This document shows, one piece after another, positions 38,254 through 47,474 of a stretch of 64,000 nucleotides of DNA. How positions within the stretch are numbered: the first letter of the stretch is position 1; every line of letters starts with the position of its first letter. A program made the translations under genes and the position numbers. Under the pieces are notes generated by a model that saw only the letters and a program-made list of their open reading frames with translations, made no database searches and was not told where the DNA came from. The stretch is from an uncultured Clostridia bacterium (GTDB lineage: Bacteria > Acidobacteriota > Blastocatellia > UBA7656): positions 56,123 to 120,122 of the forward strand of contig CAZTUB010000005.1 of NCBI GenBank assembly GCA_964615905.1, given 5' to 3'.

Positions 38254-39534
38254 TTACTTGCTGCCGGTCGTTTTATCAAGGTTGAAGGTATAGACTTTAC
38301 GGTTGTCTGTGACTGAAAAATCTACCTTCTTATCGACGAACCCCTCGCTTTTGAGCGTGAAGTTGATCTGCTCTCCTTGCGCAGCCTCAAACTTGTAGGG
38401 CGTGCTGCCGACCTTCTGGCCGTTGCGATAAACTTCTGCGCGCCCTTCGGCCACGTCTATCGTAAGCGATTTTATCTGCGCGCCCGGCTGGGCTTTATTC
38501 GAAGACCGGTTCTGAGGCGCAATCTGCTGCGTGGCCGGGACGGTCTGCTCGCCGTCTCCGCCCGCGCCGGTTATAAAGTAAAGGCCGCCCGCTACGGCCA
38601 GGACGAGCGCCGCCGCGCCGCCCGCCATCAGCGCTCGCGGGTTGTTGAGAGGCCCCGGCAATGACGGCCCCTTTGCCGCGAGTCCCGACGGGCCGCCGGG
38701 TTGAGGCGCTGCCATCCCTGCCCGCCCGACATCTCTCAACAGGTCGACTGCCGACTGGTATCTTTCCGAGGCGTTCTTTCTCAGGCACCGCGAGATTATA
38801 TTCTCGATCTCGCGCGGCGTCGAAGGGATGATCGCCGAAGCGCGCACGAAATCCACTCGCGTGACCTTCTCGTAAAGCTCGCCTATCGTGTTCGCTTCGA
38901 AAGGCAGGTAGCCCGTCACCATCTCGTAAAGCAGCACGCCCAGCGCCCAGATGTCCGAGCGCGCGTCGGCGTACCCGCCTTTGAGCTGTTCCGGCGACAG
39001 GTATTGGAGCGTGCCGATAAAGCCTCCGGCCTGCGTAAGCGCGGGCGACGATCCAGACTTGGCAATGCCGAAGTCGAGCATCTTTACCTGGCCCGCCGTG
39101 CTGATCTTTACGTTGCTCGATTTTATGTCCCTGTGAACAATGCCCTGGCTGTGTGTGTAATTTATGGCGTCGACTATAGAATGATAGATAGAAAGCGAGG
39201 TCGATAGCGGCATGACGCCTCGCCCTCTGATAAGCTCGTCGAGTGTCTGCCCCTCGACGTATTCCATGATTATGCAGGGGTGTCCCTGGAATTCCAGAAA
39301 GTCGTAGAGCGTGGCTATGTTGGGGTGCTGAAGGCTTGCCTGAATCCGCGCTTCGTTATAGAACCGCTCGATAAATTCGGGAGTGCGGACGCTCTGGCTC
39401 AGGACTTTGACTGCGACTATGCGCCCGATCTTCAAGTGTACGGCGCGATAAACCTCGCCCATGCCGCCCGCGCCCAACTGGTCTACGAGCCGGTACTCGC
39501 CGATGACCGAATTTATAAGTGAAGCTCCGTTCAT
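38254..39534 (-). CDS. Ser/Thr protein kinase with TM and C-terminal PEGA-like extracytoplasmic domain
   Basis: Kinase motifs (GAGGMGEVYRAV, HRDIKSSN, DFGIA). TM segment LMAGGAALVLAVAGGLYFI. C-terminal RAEVYRNGQKVGSTPYKFE resembles a PEGA domain. ATG at 39534; the track uses a TTG at 39543. Confidence 0.85.
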   Translation of the reverse strand: MNGASLINSVIGEYRLVDQLGAGGMGEVYRAVHLKIGRIVAVKVLSQSVRTPEFIERFYNEARIQASLQHPNIATLYDFLEFQGHPCIIMEYVEGQTLDELIRGRGVMPLSTSLSIYHSIVDAINYTHSQGIVHRDIKSSNVKISTAGQVKMLDFGIAKSGSSPALTQAGGFIGTLQYLSPEQLKGGYADARSDIWALGVLLYEMVTGYLPFEANTIGELYEKVTRVDFVRASAIIPSTPREIENIISRCLRKNASERYQSAVDLLRDVGRAGMAAPQPGGPSGLAAKGPSLPGPLNNPRALMAGGAAALVLAVAGGLYFITGAGGDGEQTVPATQQIAPQNRSSNKAQPGAQIKSLTIDVAEGRAEVYRNGQKVGSTPYKFEAAQGEQINFTLKSEGFVDKKVDFSVTDNRKVYTFNLDKTTGSK

Positions 39535-39544
39535 ATGAACCAAA

Positions 39545-39582
39545 GGCGGGATGTCTAACTTCGCGACATCCCGCCTCGTTTT
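39545..39582. terminator. Intergenic hairpin (11-bp perfect stem GGCGGGATGTC/GACATCCCGCC) between the FHA-protease and kinase genes; possible attenuator/terminator
   Basis: Stem 39545-39555 / 39565-39575 followed by TCGTTTT on the plus strand. The genes are on the minus strand, where the flanking tract is weaker. Confidence 0.35.
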
Positions 39583-39599
39583 CGATGTTCAGCGCAAAG

Positions 39600-41307
39600 T
39601 TACCTGGATGAGCTGACGCTCATAAGCTCTTTGCCGTAGCGTATGGGTACCGCGAAAGTTATCATCGCATCCGAGCGGCTGCTGGCAAAGAATATGCCCG
39701 TCACGCGCCCGCGATCATCAAAGACAGGCCCGCCCGAATTGCCCGACCCCGTCGAGTTGATCGTCAACTGGTACGCGTCGCCAAAGGCGCTGTAGGCCGA
39801 ATCTTTGCCCGCGCTCTCCGAACTGCGAATGATGCGCCCGATATTGCCGACGCTCACGGTCGGGTCGGGCACGATCTTGACCTTCGATTCGCGGTTAAAG
39901 ACATCCTGCGATTTGGTGACGCCGTACACGGGAGGGCTGACCGCAGGATAACCCAGCACGATTGCCGCGTCGCCCGGCTTGATCGCGTCGTAGTTGTCAT
40001 AAAGCTCAACCTTTGATACCGCTTCAGGAACGTCCACCTTCATCATCGCTACGTCGTGGCGGTCGCTCACGCGAGCCAGCTTGGCAGGGATGCGCAGGTC
40101 GTTTTTGGCAAAGGTTACGTTGAGATAATCGTTGCGGCCTTCAAACCCGCCCTGTAGCTTCTGGCCCGCTTGCTTGGTCTCGGAAGGGACCCAGTCTTGC
40201 GGCGAGCGGATGAGAATGGGGTTGCCCTCATTGTCCAAAGCGATCTGACCGCCCTGCACGACGATTCCGGGCGTGGCGTCCTGCGGGAACTGGTAGCTCG
40301 TGCGCCAGGTGGCGGCGACGTGACGGTTTGTGAGGATAAAGCCGTCGCTTGTGACGGTAAAGCCGGAGCCCGTGTGCTCGCCGCCTATGGGTCGCCCGCC
40401 ACGGCTATCCGTAGTCAGGTAAGGCTCGATAGTGTCTTGCGACACCATGACGTAAGCGGCCACGGATTGCCGCCCGTCCGGTACGATCTGCCGACCCTTG
40501 AAGTTATTCGGTATATACATCTGATAGACCTGGCCGCCCGTCGGGGTGTAGATAAGCTTCCAGCCGCACTCGATGTAGACAGCCGAGTTCGTATAGTTTT
40601 TTACGATGTCTGCGGGCGACATAGGCCCGGCTGCTGCCAGCGCCTCAAGCCTCCCTGATGTCTCGCTTGCCAGCTGCTTGCTCGAAGAATATTGCATGTA
40701 CCACAGGACCGCGCCGACCGCCGCGATCACGACCAGCAGCGCGCCCGCGCCGATAATCATGAAATTGCGCGAATCGCTCTTGCTCTGCGTTATCATGCGC
40801 TCGACGGTCGCTTTGCCCGGCCCCTGCTGATAATGCTGCTGCGGGTAGCCCTGCGACGAGCCGTAGCCTTGCGGCACAGCGGTTTGAGGCACTGTCCCGC
40901 CAACGCGAGTCGCGGGCGGGCCGCCCGCCGTCGGGTTGTCGCCCACGCGCGTAGGTTTCACGGCGTTTGCCGGTCGCGGTTCGAGATCGAACTGGAACTC
41001 AGGACCGCCCGCGCCGAACTGCACCATGTCGCCCGGCCCGACCTGTACGGTGCCCACAATCCGCTGCTTGTTGACGAACGTGCCGTTGCGGCTGTTGAGG
41101 TCTGTCACGTTAAACCGCGTCGGGTCGGCCGGGTCCTGCGATATTCGCGCGTGTTGACGCCCGACCAGATCGTCTCTTTCTGGATCGTATTTGACGGTCG
41201 CGGACGTATCCCGCCCGATAATGAGTTCTTTAAAATGTGTGAGCGGAAACTCTTCGACCTGTCCGGCCTTCGACCCGCTAATATGCCTGAGAACTATACG
41301 CTCCATG
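39600..41307 (-). CDS. FHA domain / TM / trypsin-like (S1) serine protease fusion protein
   Basis: N-terminal FHA (LIIGRDTSATVKYDPERDDLVGRQHARI....TDLNSRNGTFVN). TM segment FMIIGAGALLVVIAAVGAVLWYM. C-terminal chymotrypsin-fold motifs GSGFTVTSDGFILTNRHV and GNSGGPVFD. Start at ATG 41307 preceded by GGAGG. Confidence 0.8.
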
Positions 41308-41618
41308 GTAGCCTCCATTTGAGCCCGTTGTTATTCGGGTGATTCTTGGACGAAAGCAAAGGGTAATGCGTGCCTCTCGCGACTAAATCAAAGTTTAAGT
41401 TCAGCCACATACTATCAAGATTCTGACCGCTACTTACCGCACCCTTTCGTTCGTGTTTAGTTGTTCTGGGTTTGTCGCACAGGTAATCTTTAGTCCCTTG
41501 CGGGGGTTCGTGAAAATTACCTCACAAAACGGCGTGATTTTATGCCTGTTCCTTTTCTATGGCAAGGCCAAAATGGCACTGAATGAAACATAAAAGATAA
41601 CGCCGCCGGGTTATCGAG

Positions 41619-42548
41619 TTAAGCGCGCGTGCTGGCATCCCTCGGCGGAGGCTGAACCGGTTGCGCGTTTTCATCATCGTGTGTCATAAGCCCTGTCGTC
41701 CCTTCGGTCACGGACGGCGGCTGCGGCAGGGGAACTTCTCTCGCAAAAGGATCGGTTCGCGCACTGAAAGCTTCGGGAACGGGCGGCAAGACCTGCTGTC
41801 GAGCCCCGGCAATCTGAGGCTGCGCGTTTGTCTCTTTAGTATTGATGGCCCGCTTCAAACGGCCCAGGCCGAAAAATGTCCCCGCGAGCCCAAGCGCGGC
41901 AAAGACGCCGAACAGTATCATCAGCACTGTGAAAACTTTTATCCCTTCGTCCCCTTTTAATCCGAAGACCAGGAACGCAAAAAATGCGAAAAGAAAGGCG
42001 ATGCCGGAAAAGATCGCGCTCATCAAAAAGTTTGACTGTCCCGCTCGCGTCTCTGCCGCTATGCGCAACACTTCAAGCTCGGCGATGTCCGCAGAGATTG
42101 GCGCGCCGCACCGGCGGCAGAATTTGGAATCGTCCGTCGTGCCGACGCCGCAGCCAGAGCAGACCGTAGGCGTCGCGCGCGAGGTCGCGAGCGCGGCAAT
42201 AGCCTTGGCCTCGCGCGACAGGATGCGCTTGTCGCCCTTCGTAAGCATCGGGTGCTTTACGACGTAATCGAAGGTGGCTCGCGTGGCGAACGCGCTGTCG
42301 GCTTTGAGCCGGACAGTGAGCGTCGCCGGGTAATCCATCACGTCGGAAGATGCCATGGCCTCGGCCCATCCTCGCGCCCCGCGCCGCCCAAGCACAACGG
42401 GCTCCTCCGCGATGATCGTGTAGCCGCACCTCTCCATCGCCGCTGAAATACTCGCTCGCACGGTTTCGATATTACCGGCGACGATGTGCGTGACATAGTG
42501 CCCGCTCGCGCCGCTGCTTTCCATTCCGAGCAGGTATTCTGTTGACAT
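41619..42548 (-). CDS. Hypothetical protein with zinc-ribbon (CxxC...CxxC) followed by two TM helices and a Pro-rich tail
   Basis: CSGCGVGTTDDSKFCRRCGAP zinc ribbon. Hydrophobic segments FLMSAIFSGIAFLFAFFAFLVF and VFTVLMILFGVFAALGLAGTFF. 300 bp upstream of the FHA-protease gene. Confidence 0.5.
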   Translation of the reverse strand: MSTEYLLGMESSGASGHYVTHIVAGNIETVRASISAAMERCGYTIIAEEPVVLGRRGARGWAEAMASSDVMDYPATLTVRLKADSAFATRATFDYVVKHPMLTKGDKRILSREAKAIAALATSRATPTVCSGCGVGTTDDSKFCRRCGAPISADIAELEVLRIAAETRAGQSNFLMSAIFSGIAFLFAFFAFLVFGLKGDEGIKVFTVLMILFGVFAALGLAGTFFGLGRLKRAINTKETNAQPQIAGARQQVLPPVPEAFSARTDPFAREVPLPQPPSVTEGTTGLMTHDDENAQPVQPPPRDASTRA

Positions 42549-42657
42549 CTCTCTCCTGTCGAGTCATTAACGAGCTTGAAGTGGTTTTACGCCGCAAGAT
42601 TTTATCAGGTTTCAATATTCAATCCCAGCGGTCTCCAATACCGCCACAGCCTTCGGT

Positions 42658-42687
42658 TTGCCTACGGGCCGCGCCAGTCCATATAAT
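42658..42687 (+). promoter_or_regulatory. Candidate sigma70 promoter for rlmN (TTGCCT, 18-nt spacer, TATAAT); TATAAT ends 6 nt before the ATG, suggesting a leaderless or near-leaderless transcript
   Basis: TTGCCT at 42658-42663. Perfect TATAAT at 42682-42687. rlmN ATG at 42694. Confidence 0.35.
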
Positions 42688-42693
42688 TTTTCT

Positions 42694-43764
42694 ATGAGTC
42701 TTAGCACGCCCGACCCGAAGCCTGAGCTGCTCGGTATGACCGCCCAGGAGCTGACAGAGTTCATGCTGTCGCTTGGCGAAAAGCCTTACCGCGCCCGCCA
42801 GCTCTACCAGTCCATCTACCACCGCCGCATAACCGACTTTGACCGGATGACCGATTTGCCGAAGACGCTCAGGCGGATACTGGCCGACCGCGCGCATATC
42901 ACTGATACGCGCGTGCGAGACGTCTTTCTTTCGCTTGACGGCACAAGGCGATTTCTTTTGACGCTTGGCGACGGTCGCGAAGTCGAGTCGGTCTTCATGC
43001 CCGAATCGCGCCGCGACACCATCTGCATATCGAGCCAGGTCGGGTGCCCGCTCGCCTGTGATTTCTGTATGACGGGCGTATTGGGCTTGAAGCGAAACAT
43101 GACCGCGAGCGAGATAGTCTCGCAGGTCGTCGTCGTGCTGAACGAGGTTTACGGCCAGGGCGAGCAGACGCCGCACCGCACCAACATCGTCATGATGGGC
43201 ATGGGCGAGCCTTTGTTGAACTACGATAACGCGATCAAGTCCGTAAGGATTTTTGCCGATCAAGAAGGGCTCTCCATAGCCGCGCGGTATGTGACCCTTT
43301 CGACCGCCGGGATAGTTCCGCGCATATACGATCTTGCGAAAGAAGAGGTGCGCCCGCAGCTTGCCATCTCGCTCACGGCGGCAAATGACGAATTACGCGA
43401 CAGGCTCTTCCCGATCAATCGTAAGTACCCGCTCGCGGAATTGATCGAAGCCTGCCGCCTTTATCCGCTCAAGGAGCGCGAGCGTTTGACCTTCGAGTAC
43501 GTGATGCTCGCGGGCGTAAACGACAGCCCGCGTGACGCTCGCGAGCTTGTCAGATTGCTTTCGAGGGTGAAGGCAAAGGTTAACCTTATACCGCATAATC
43601 CCGCGCCTGAGCTTCCGTACCTGGCATCTTCAATGGAGAGCATAATCGCTTTTCAAAAGGTGCTGACCGACGCGGCGCTGCCTTCATTCATTCGCCGCCC
43701 GCGCGGGCAGGATATATCTGCGGCCTGCGGCCAGCTCGCCGCACGCCACCAGGCGACAGCCTAG
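42694..43764 (+). CDS. rlmN: 23S rRNA m2A2503 / tRNA m2A37 methyltransferase RlmN (radical SAM)
   Basis: LGEKPYRARQLYQSIY N-terminal signature. Radical-SAM CPLACDFCMTG. Conserved GMGEPLLN. Length and collinearity match RlmN. Start at ATG 42694 chosen by alignment logic. Confidence 0.9.
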   Translation: MSLSTPDPKPELLGMTAQELTEFMLSLGEKPYRARQLYQSIYHRRITDFDRMTDLPKTLRRILADRAHITDTRVRDVFLSLDGTRRFLLTLGDGREVESVFMPESRRDTICISSQVGCPLACDFCMTGVLGLKRNMTASEIVSQVVVVLNEVYGQGEQTPHRTNIVMMGMGEPLLNYDNAIKSVRIFADQEGLSIAARYVTLSTAGIVPRIYDLAKEEVRPQLAISLTAANDELRDRLFPINRKYPLAELIEACRLYPLKERERLTFEYVMLAGVNDSPRDARELVRLLSRVKAKVNLIPHNPAPELPYLASSMESIIAFQKVLTDAALPSFIRRPRGQDISAACGQLAARHQATA

Positions 43765-43817
43765 CTCAACCCCCAGGTCTTATCACTTAGAAATGCCCCG
43801 GGTCTGAAAAGAGGCAT

Positions 43818-45347
43818 GTGACAGATCGTTTTAGCGCCGCCGACGACGTTATCGGCGCGAAGCTTGAGCTTGAGCTTTTCTTCCTTGGCGGCGCGTTCGA
43901 CCTGTACGAAGACCGCGCCTTTGTCGCTACAGTCGAGCCCGGTCATACGTCCGTAGAAATATCTTACGGAAAGCTCATACTGTCGTGCTGGGGCGAAGCG
44001 TGGTCGAGATCGTGGCGCGTAGTCGCGCACCGGTCGACCGCGAGCGGTTTTAGTCTCGAATGCGCAAGACAGTTGAACCGCGCGCACTCCGTCATATCGC
44101 TCGAAAGAGCCTTCGGACGAGACCCGGCTGAAAGGGCGCGCTTTGTCACTCGCGATGAGTTCCCGGCGTGGCTCGCAAGGATGATCGAGGCTCGATTCAC
44201 AGGTTGCCGCGTCGAGCCTGCCAAAACCCCGCGCGAAGCCGCTTACAACTTTTCCGCCCTCCACACACGGCTATTGATGAGAAATCGCGGCTCGCACGCC
44301 CTCTGCCTCGGCGTCCGAAGCCAGGAGCCGCAAACGAGCGTTGACGCGCTGTTGGGGCAGGGGATTATGTGGCTCGACGCGCACGCCGGTTCGCGCCCGT
44401 TCATCAACCGCTTGATGCTCTTTGTTCCGTGGGGGCGTGCGCTCAATCTCGCCACACGGCTCGCGCTTATCGACAGAGTTCCGGCCGAGGTTTCACTCTA
44501 CGAATACGACGAGAAGCGCGAGTCGATAAGCTCTGTTGCCCCGGTCGATCAAGGCGATCTTTCCGACAATTTGAAGCGCGCTTCACGCGGGGCGCTCTGG
44601 CCGAAAGAGCCTCGGCTTGACCGGGAAGCCGCATCGCTCGTCGAGCGAATAGTTCAACTCGCGCCCTCGCATATCGACACCGTATTTAGAGAAGGTCGCG
44701 TAAAGATGATGATTCGCGGCCTTGAGTTTGCCGAACTGTCTGTGAAGCAAAGGCGAGGGTGGTTCATGGGCCAAGGCGGGAACGTGAGCCTGAGCCAGGC
44801 CACCTGGCCCGACCTGGAAAGGTTGGTTCGGAAGATAACGCGCGTGCGGAGCGGAAATTCCGATTGCCGCGACCACGAATTTTACCGCGCGCAAGCCGAG
44901 CGGTGGCTTGAATCGCTCCTCAAAAAGGATATAACCGTGCTCGATGCGCGGCTCGACCCGCTACACGTATACTCGCAGGTCCCTGCGTACAGAGGCGAGA
45001 AGCGAGCCTACATAGACCTGCTCGCTGTGACAGGTGAAGGCAGGCTCGTAGTGATTGAGTTAAAAGTTTCCGAAGACGCGGAACTGCTCTTTCAAGGGCT
45101 CGACTACTGGGCGCGCGTCGAGTGGCATCGCAGGCGCGGCGACTTCGAGCGGCGCGGCTATTTCAAAGGGGTGAGTCTCCTAGACCTGCCGCCGTTGCTC
45201 TACCTTGTCGCGCCGTTGTTTCGTTTCCACGCCGCGACTCGTCTGCTCGCGCGGACGATAAGCGACCGCGTCACGGTCTGTCGCATAGGGATAAACAGCG
45301 ACTGGCGCGCAGCCGTACGCGTGCTTTTGAAGGAGCAGTTGAGCTGA
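43818..45347 (+). CDS. Hypothetical protein (509 aa) with C-terminal PD-(D/E)xK nuclease-like motif
   Basis: GTG start after AGAGG. C-terminal ...KRAYIDLLAVTGEGRLVVIELKVSEDAELLFQGLDYW matches the D...ExK pattern of the restriction-endonuclease-like fold. N-terminal ~380 aa unrecognised. Confidence 0.55.
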   Translation: MTDRFSAADDVIGAKLELELFFLGGAFDLYEDRAFVATVEPGHTSVEISYGKLILSCWGEAWSRSWRVVAHRSTASGFSLECARQLNRAHSVISLERAFGRDPAERARFVTRDEFPAWLARMIEARFTGCRVEPAKTPREAAYNFSALHTRLLMRNRGSHALCLGVRSQEPQTSVDALLGQGIMWLDAHAGSRPFINRLMLFVPWGRALNLATRLALIDRVPAEVSLYEYDEKRESISSVAPVDQGDLSDNLKRASRGALWPKEPRLDREAASLVERIVQLAPSHIDTVFREGRVKMMIRGLEFAELSVKQRRGWFMGQGGNVSLSQATWPDLERLVRKITRVRSGNSDCRDHEFYRAQAERWLESLLKKDITVLDARLDPLHVYSQVPAYRGEKRAYIDLLAVTGEGRLVVIELKVSEDAELLFQGLDYWARVEWHRRRGDFERRGYFKGVSLLDLPPLLYLVAPLFRFHAATRLLARTISDRVTVCRIGINSDWRAAVRVLLKEQLS

Positions 45348-45367
45348 AGCGGGGTTGAATTGAGACG

Positions 45368-45441
45368 GCAACGCGGGTATCCAGTTATATGGACTCCTTT
45401 TGATGAATCCAGATAACCAGACACCCGCGTTGCTGTTTTCC
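45368..45441 (+). terminator. Terminator-like hairpin (11-bp stem GCAACGCGGGT/ACCCGCGTTGC, long loop) followed by TGTTTTCC after the hypothetical gene
   Basis: Stem 45368-45378 / 45423-45433, then T-rich tract 45434-45441. Confidence 0.45.
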
Positions 45442-45501
45442 CTTGTTCGCACTGGCCGGCCCGGCACAGGTGCCAGACCGGGATGGTTAATGCAAGTAGT
45501 C

Positions 45502-45651
45502 TTAGACTACGGTTCGGCGACCACTCAACAAGTTGAAGATGAGCACAATCGCCGCGACGACCAGCAGCAGGTGAATCAAACCACCGCCGATGCCGCCGAT
45601 CAGGCCTAACAGCCACAGTACCAAAAGAATTACTAGAATTGTCCAAAGCAT
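45502..45651 (-). CDS. lmo0937-family small membrane protein (49 aa), not in the supplied ORF track
   Basis: Translation MLWTILVILLVLWLLGLIGGIGGGLIHLLLVVAAIVLIFNLLSGRRTVV matches the lmo0937-family pattern (MLWTI..ILL.LWLLG......LIH.LLV.A.IV...NL..GRR). Confidence 0.55.
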   Translation of the reverse strand: MLWTILVILLVLWLLGLIGGIGGGLIHLLLVVAAIVLIFNLLSGRRTVV

Positions 45652-45693
45652 GATTTTCTCCTTACCCTCCTAAAGATGTTGATTAAGCGATTA

Positions 45694-45930
45694 TCAAGCC
45701 GCTGCCTCTTCGGCCCAATCAATCGCGTTCATACCGGTTTCCACTCGTGTGAGGTGTATGACTGCGGGCGCGCTCGTTTGCTCAACAGCTTCGACAACCG
45801 GTGTCGAAAGGTATCGGCTGATTCCTAAAAGAACCAGTTCAATCACCAGCCCCCCAATAGCAACCGCTAGCGCCGTCATGATCAACCCAATCCCTATTGC
45901 CAGAATCACCATCGTCATCCACCTCCGCAT
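45694..45930 (-). CDS. Hypothetical small membrane protein (78 aa)
   Basis: Hydrophobic N-terminus MTMVILAIGIGLIMTALAVAIGGLVIELVLLGI. Same strand as the adjacent small protein. Weak evidence only. Confidence 0.3.
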   Translation of the reverse strand: MRRWMTMVILAIGIGLIMTALAVAIGGLVIELVLLGISRYLSTPVVEAVEQTSAPAVIHLTRVETGMNAIDWAEEAAA

Positions 45931-46195
45931 CTACATTCTGCAACCGGTATTCCAATCCTTGGCCGCGCGCGGTGCTGTTCGCTAAACGCTAGATTTATTA
46001 AGAGGATAATCAGGCGAGACCGATTTTCGGGTCGAGCGTCAATCGATTTTTGAATCTTTTTCGGACGGCGCGAGAAAATCGTCACGTATCAGTTTAGGAC
46101 TGGGGGGCGGAGCGCCGGGCTGGAGAGTATACGAGACCAGCCTTCATAAGAGACCTGGTTGGCAGACCATCCGCCGAGCGCTCCGCTCCTCGTCT

Positions 46196-47452
46196 CTATT
46201 CATACCTGAGGCACTCGATGGGGTCGAGGCGCGAAGCCTTGCGCGCGGGCCAGACTCCGAAGATAAGGCCGACCGCTATTGAGACCGTGAGCCCCGCGAT
46301 GACCGCCCACACGGGGATTGATGAGGGAAGGGCCGGCAAGAGCAGGCCGAGCAACTGGCTTATGATGACCGCCAGCACCACGCCCGCGAAACCGCCGATG
46401 AAGGTCAGCGTCATGGCTTCGATCAAGAACTGGCGGACTATATCGCCCTTGCGAGCGCCTATGGCCTTTCGTATGCCTATCTCTTTCGTGCGCTCCGTGA
46501 CGGAGACGAGCATGATGTTCATCACGCCTATGCCGCCCACCAGAAGGCCGACGCCCGATATAGCGATTGCGATCAACCCTACGGCTGCGGTGATAGAGTC
46601 GAACTGTTCGATGAAGCGGTCGGCGGTGTTGAGGTCGAAATTGTTCGGCTCGTTGTACTTTACCCCGCGCTGGCGGCGGAGAATGTCTTCCACCTGATCG
46701 AGCGCGACCTTCAGCTGGCCCGAGTGCGCGCGTATGAGCATCATCATCCACTCGCTTTCCGGCGAAAGCTTTCGCGCGGTTCGATAAGGGATGAAGATCG
46801 CGTTGTCTTCTTCGTTTTCGCCGAACAGCCCTGTCTTTCTCTTCTCCAGCACGCCAATGACATCGAAAGGCTTGCCCGCAAGATATACCTGCTCGCCTAT
46901 GATCTGGCCACGGTGCGGAAAGAGGGCCTCGGCCACGTTTATGCCCAGCACCATGACGTCGCGGCGGTGCTGGTCGTCGATCTCTGTGACAAAGCGGCCT
47001 TCGGTCAGGCTCACGTTCGCAATCTCTGCGTAACTGGCCGAGACGCCCTGTAGATCGCCGCGCTTATAGGTAACGCCTTTGTATGTGACGGTCTTATCGA
47101 AATTCCAGCTGATGAAGGCTATCGAGGCCACGTCGTCTACGGCGGTCGCGTTCTGGCGTATAGCTTCAGCGTCTTCGGGCGTGAGCGGCGGGCGCGCCCA
47201 CTCTTTTCGGTCGCGGTTGCCGACCGAAATCCCTGTCGAGAGGTGAAATGCCCAGATATTGTTTGTGCCGTACTCCTCTATGTACTGTATCAGGTTGCTG
47301 CGCAGACCCGTGAGGATTGAAGAGATCGCGATTACCGTCATGACCCCGATAACGATGCCGAGCATAGTCAGGAAGCTGCGGAACTTGTTCGCTCGAAGGT
47401 TATCGAACGCCATCAGCACGGTCTCTTTTGGAAGTATTGATTTGATCTTCAC
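46196..47452 (-). CDS. ABC transporter permease, MacB/FtsX type (no fused ATPase)
   Basis: N-terminal TM, large periplasmic domain, C-terminal FtsX 3-TM bundle (...IGIRKAIGARKGDIVRQFLIEAM...). Confidence 0.85.
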   Translation of the reverse strand: MKIKSILPKETVLMAFDNLRANKFRSFLTMLGIVIGVMTVIAISSILTGLRSNLIQYIEEYGTNNIWAFHLSTGISVGNRDRKEWARPPLTPEDAEAIRQNATAVDDVASIAFISWNFDKTVTYKGVTYKRGDLQGVSASYAEIANVSLTEGRFVTEIDDQHRRDVMVLGINVAEALFPHRGQIIGEQVYLAGKPFDVIGVLEKRKTGLFGENEEDNAIFIPYRTARKLSPESEWMMMLIRAHSGQLKVALDQVEDILRRQRGVKYNEPNNFDLNTADRFIEQFDSITAAVGLIAIAISGVGLLVGGIGVMNIMLVSVTERTKEIGIRKAIGARKGDIVRQFLIEAMTLTFIGGFAGVVLAVIISQLLGLLLPALPSSIPVWAVIAGLTVSIAVGLIFGVWPARKASRLDPIECLRYE

Positions 47453-47474
47453 GGTGCGCCTCTCGCTCCTGCTC

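Noticed and set aside
40692-41342. 216-aa plus-strand ORF
   Set aside because: Antisense to the FHA domain coding region.
43761-44264. 167-aa minus-strand ORF
   Set aside because: Antisense to the start of the 509-aa hypothetical gene and the rlmN end. No support.
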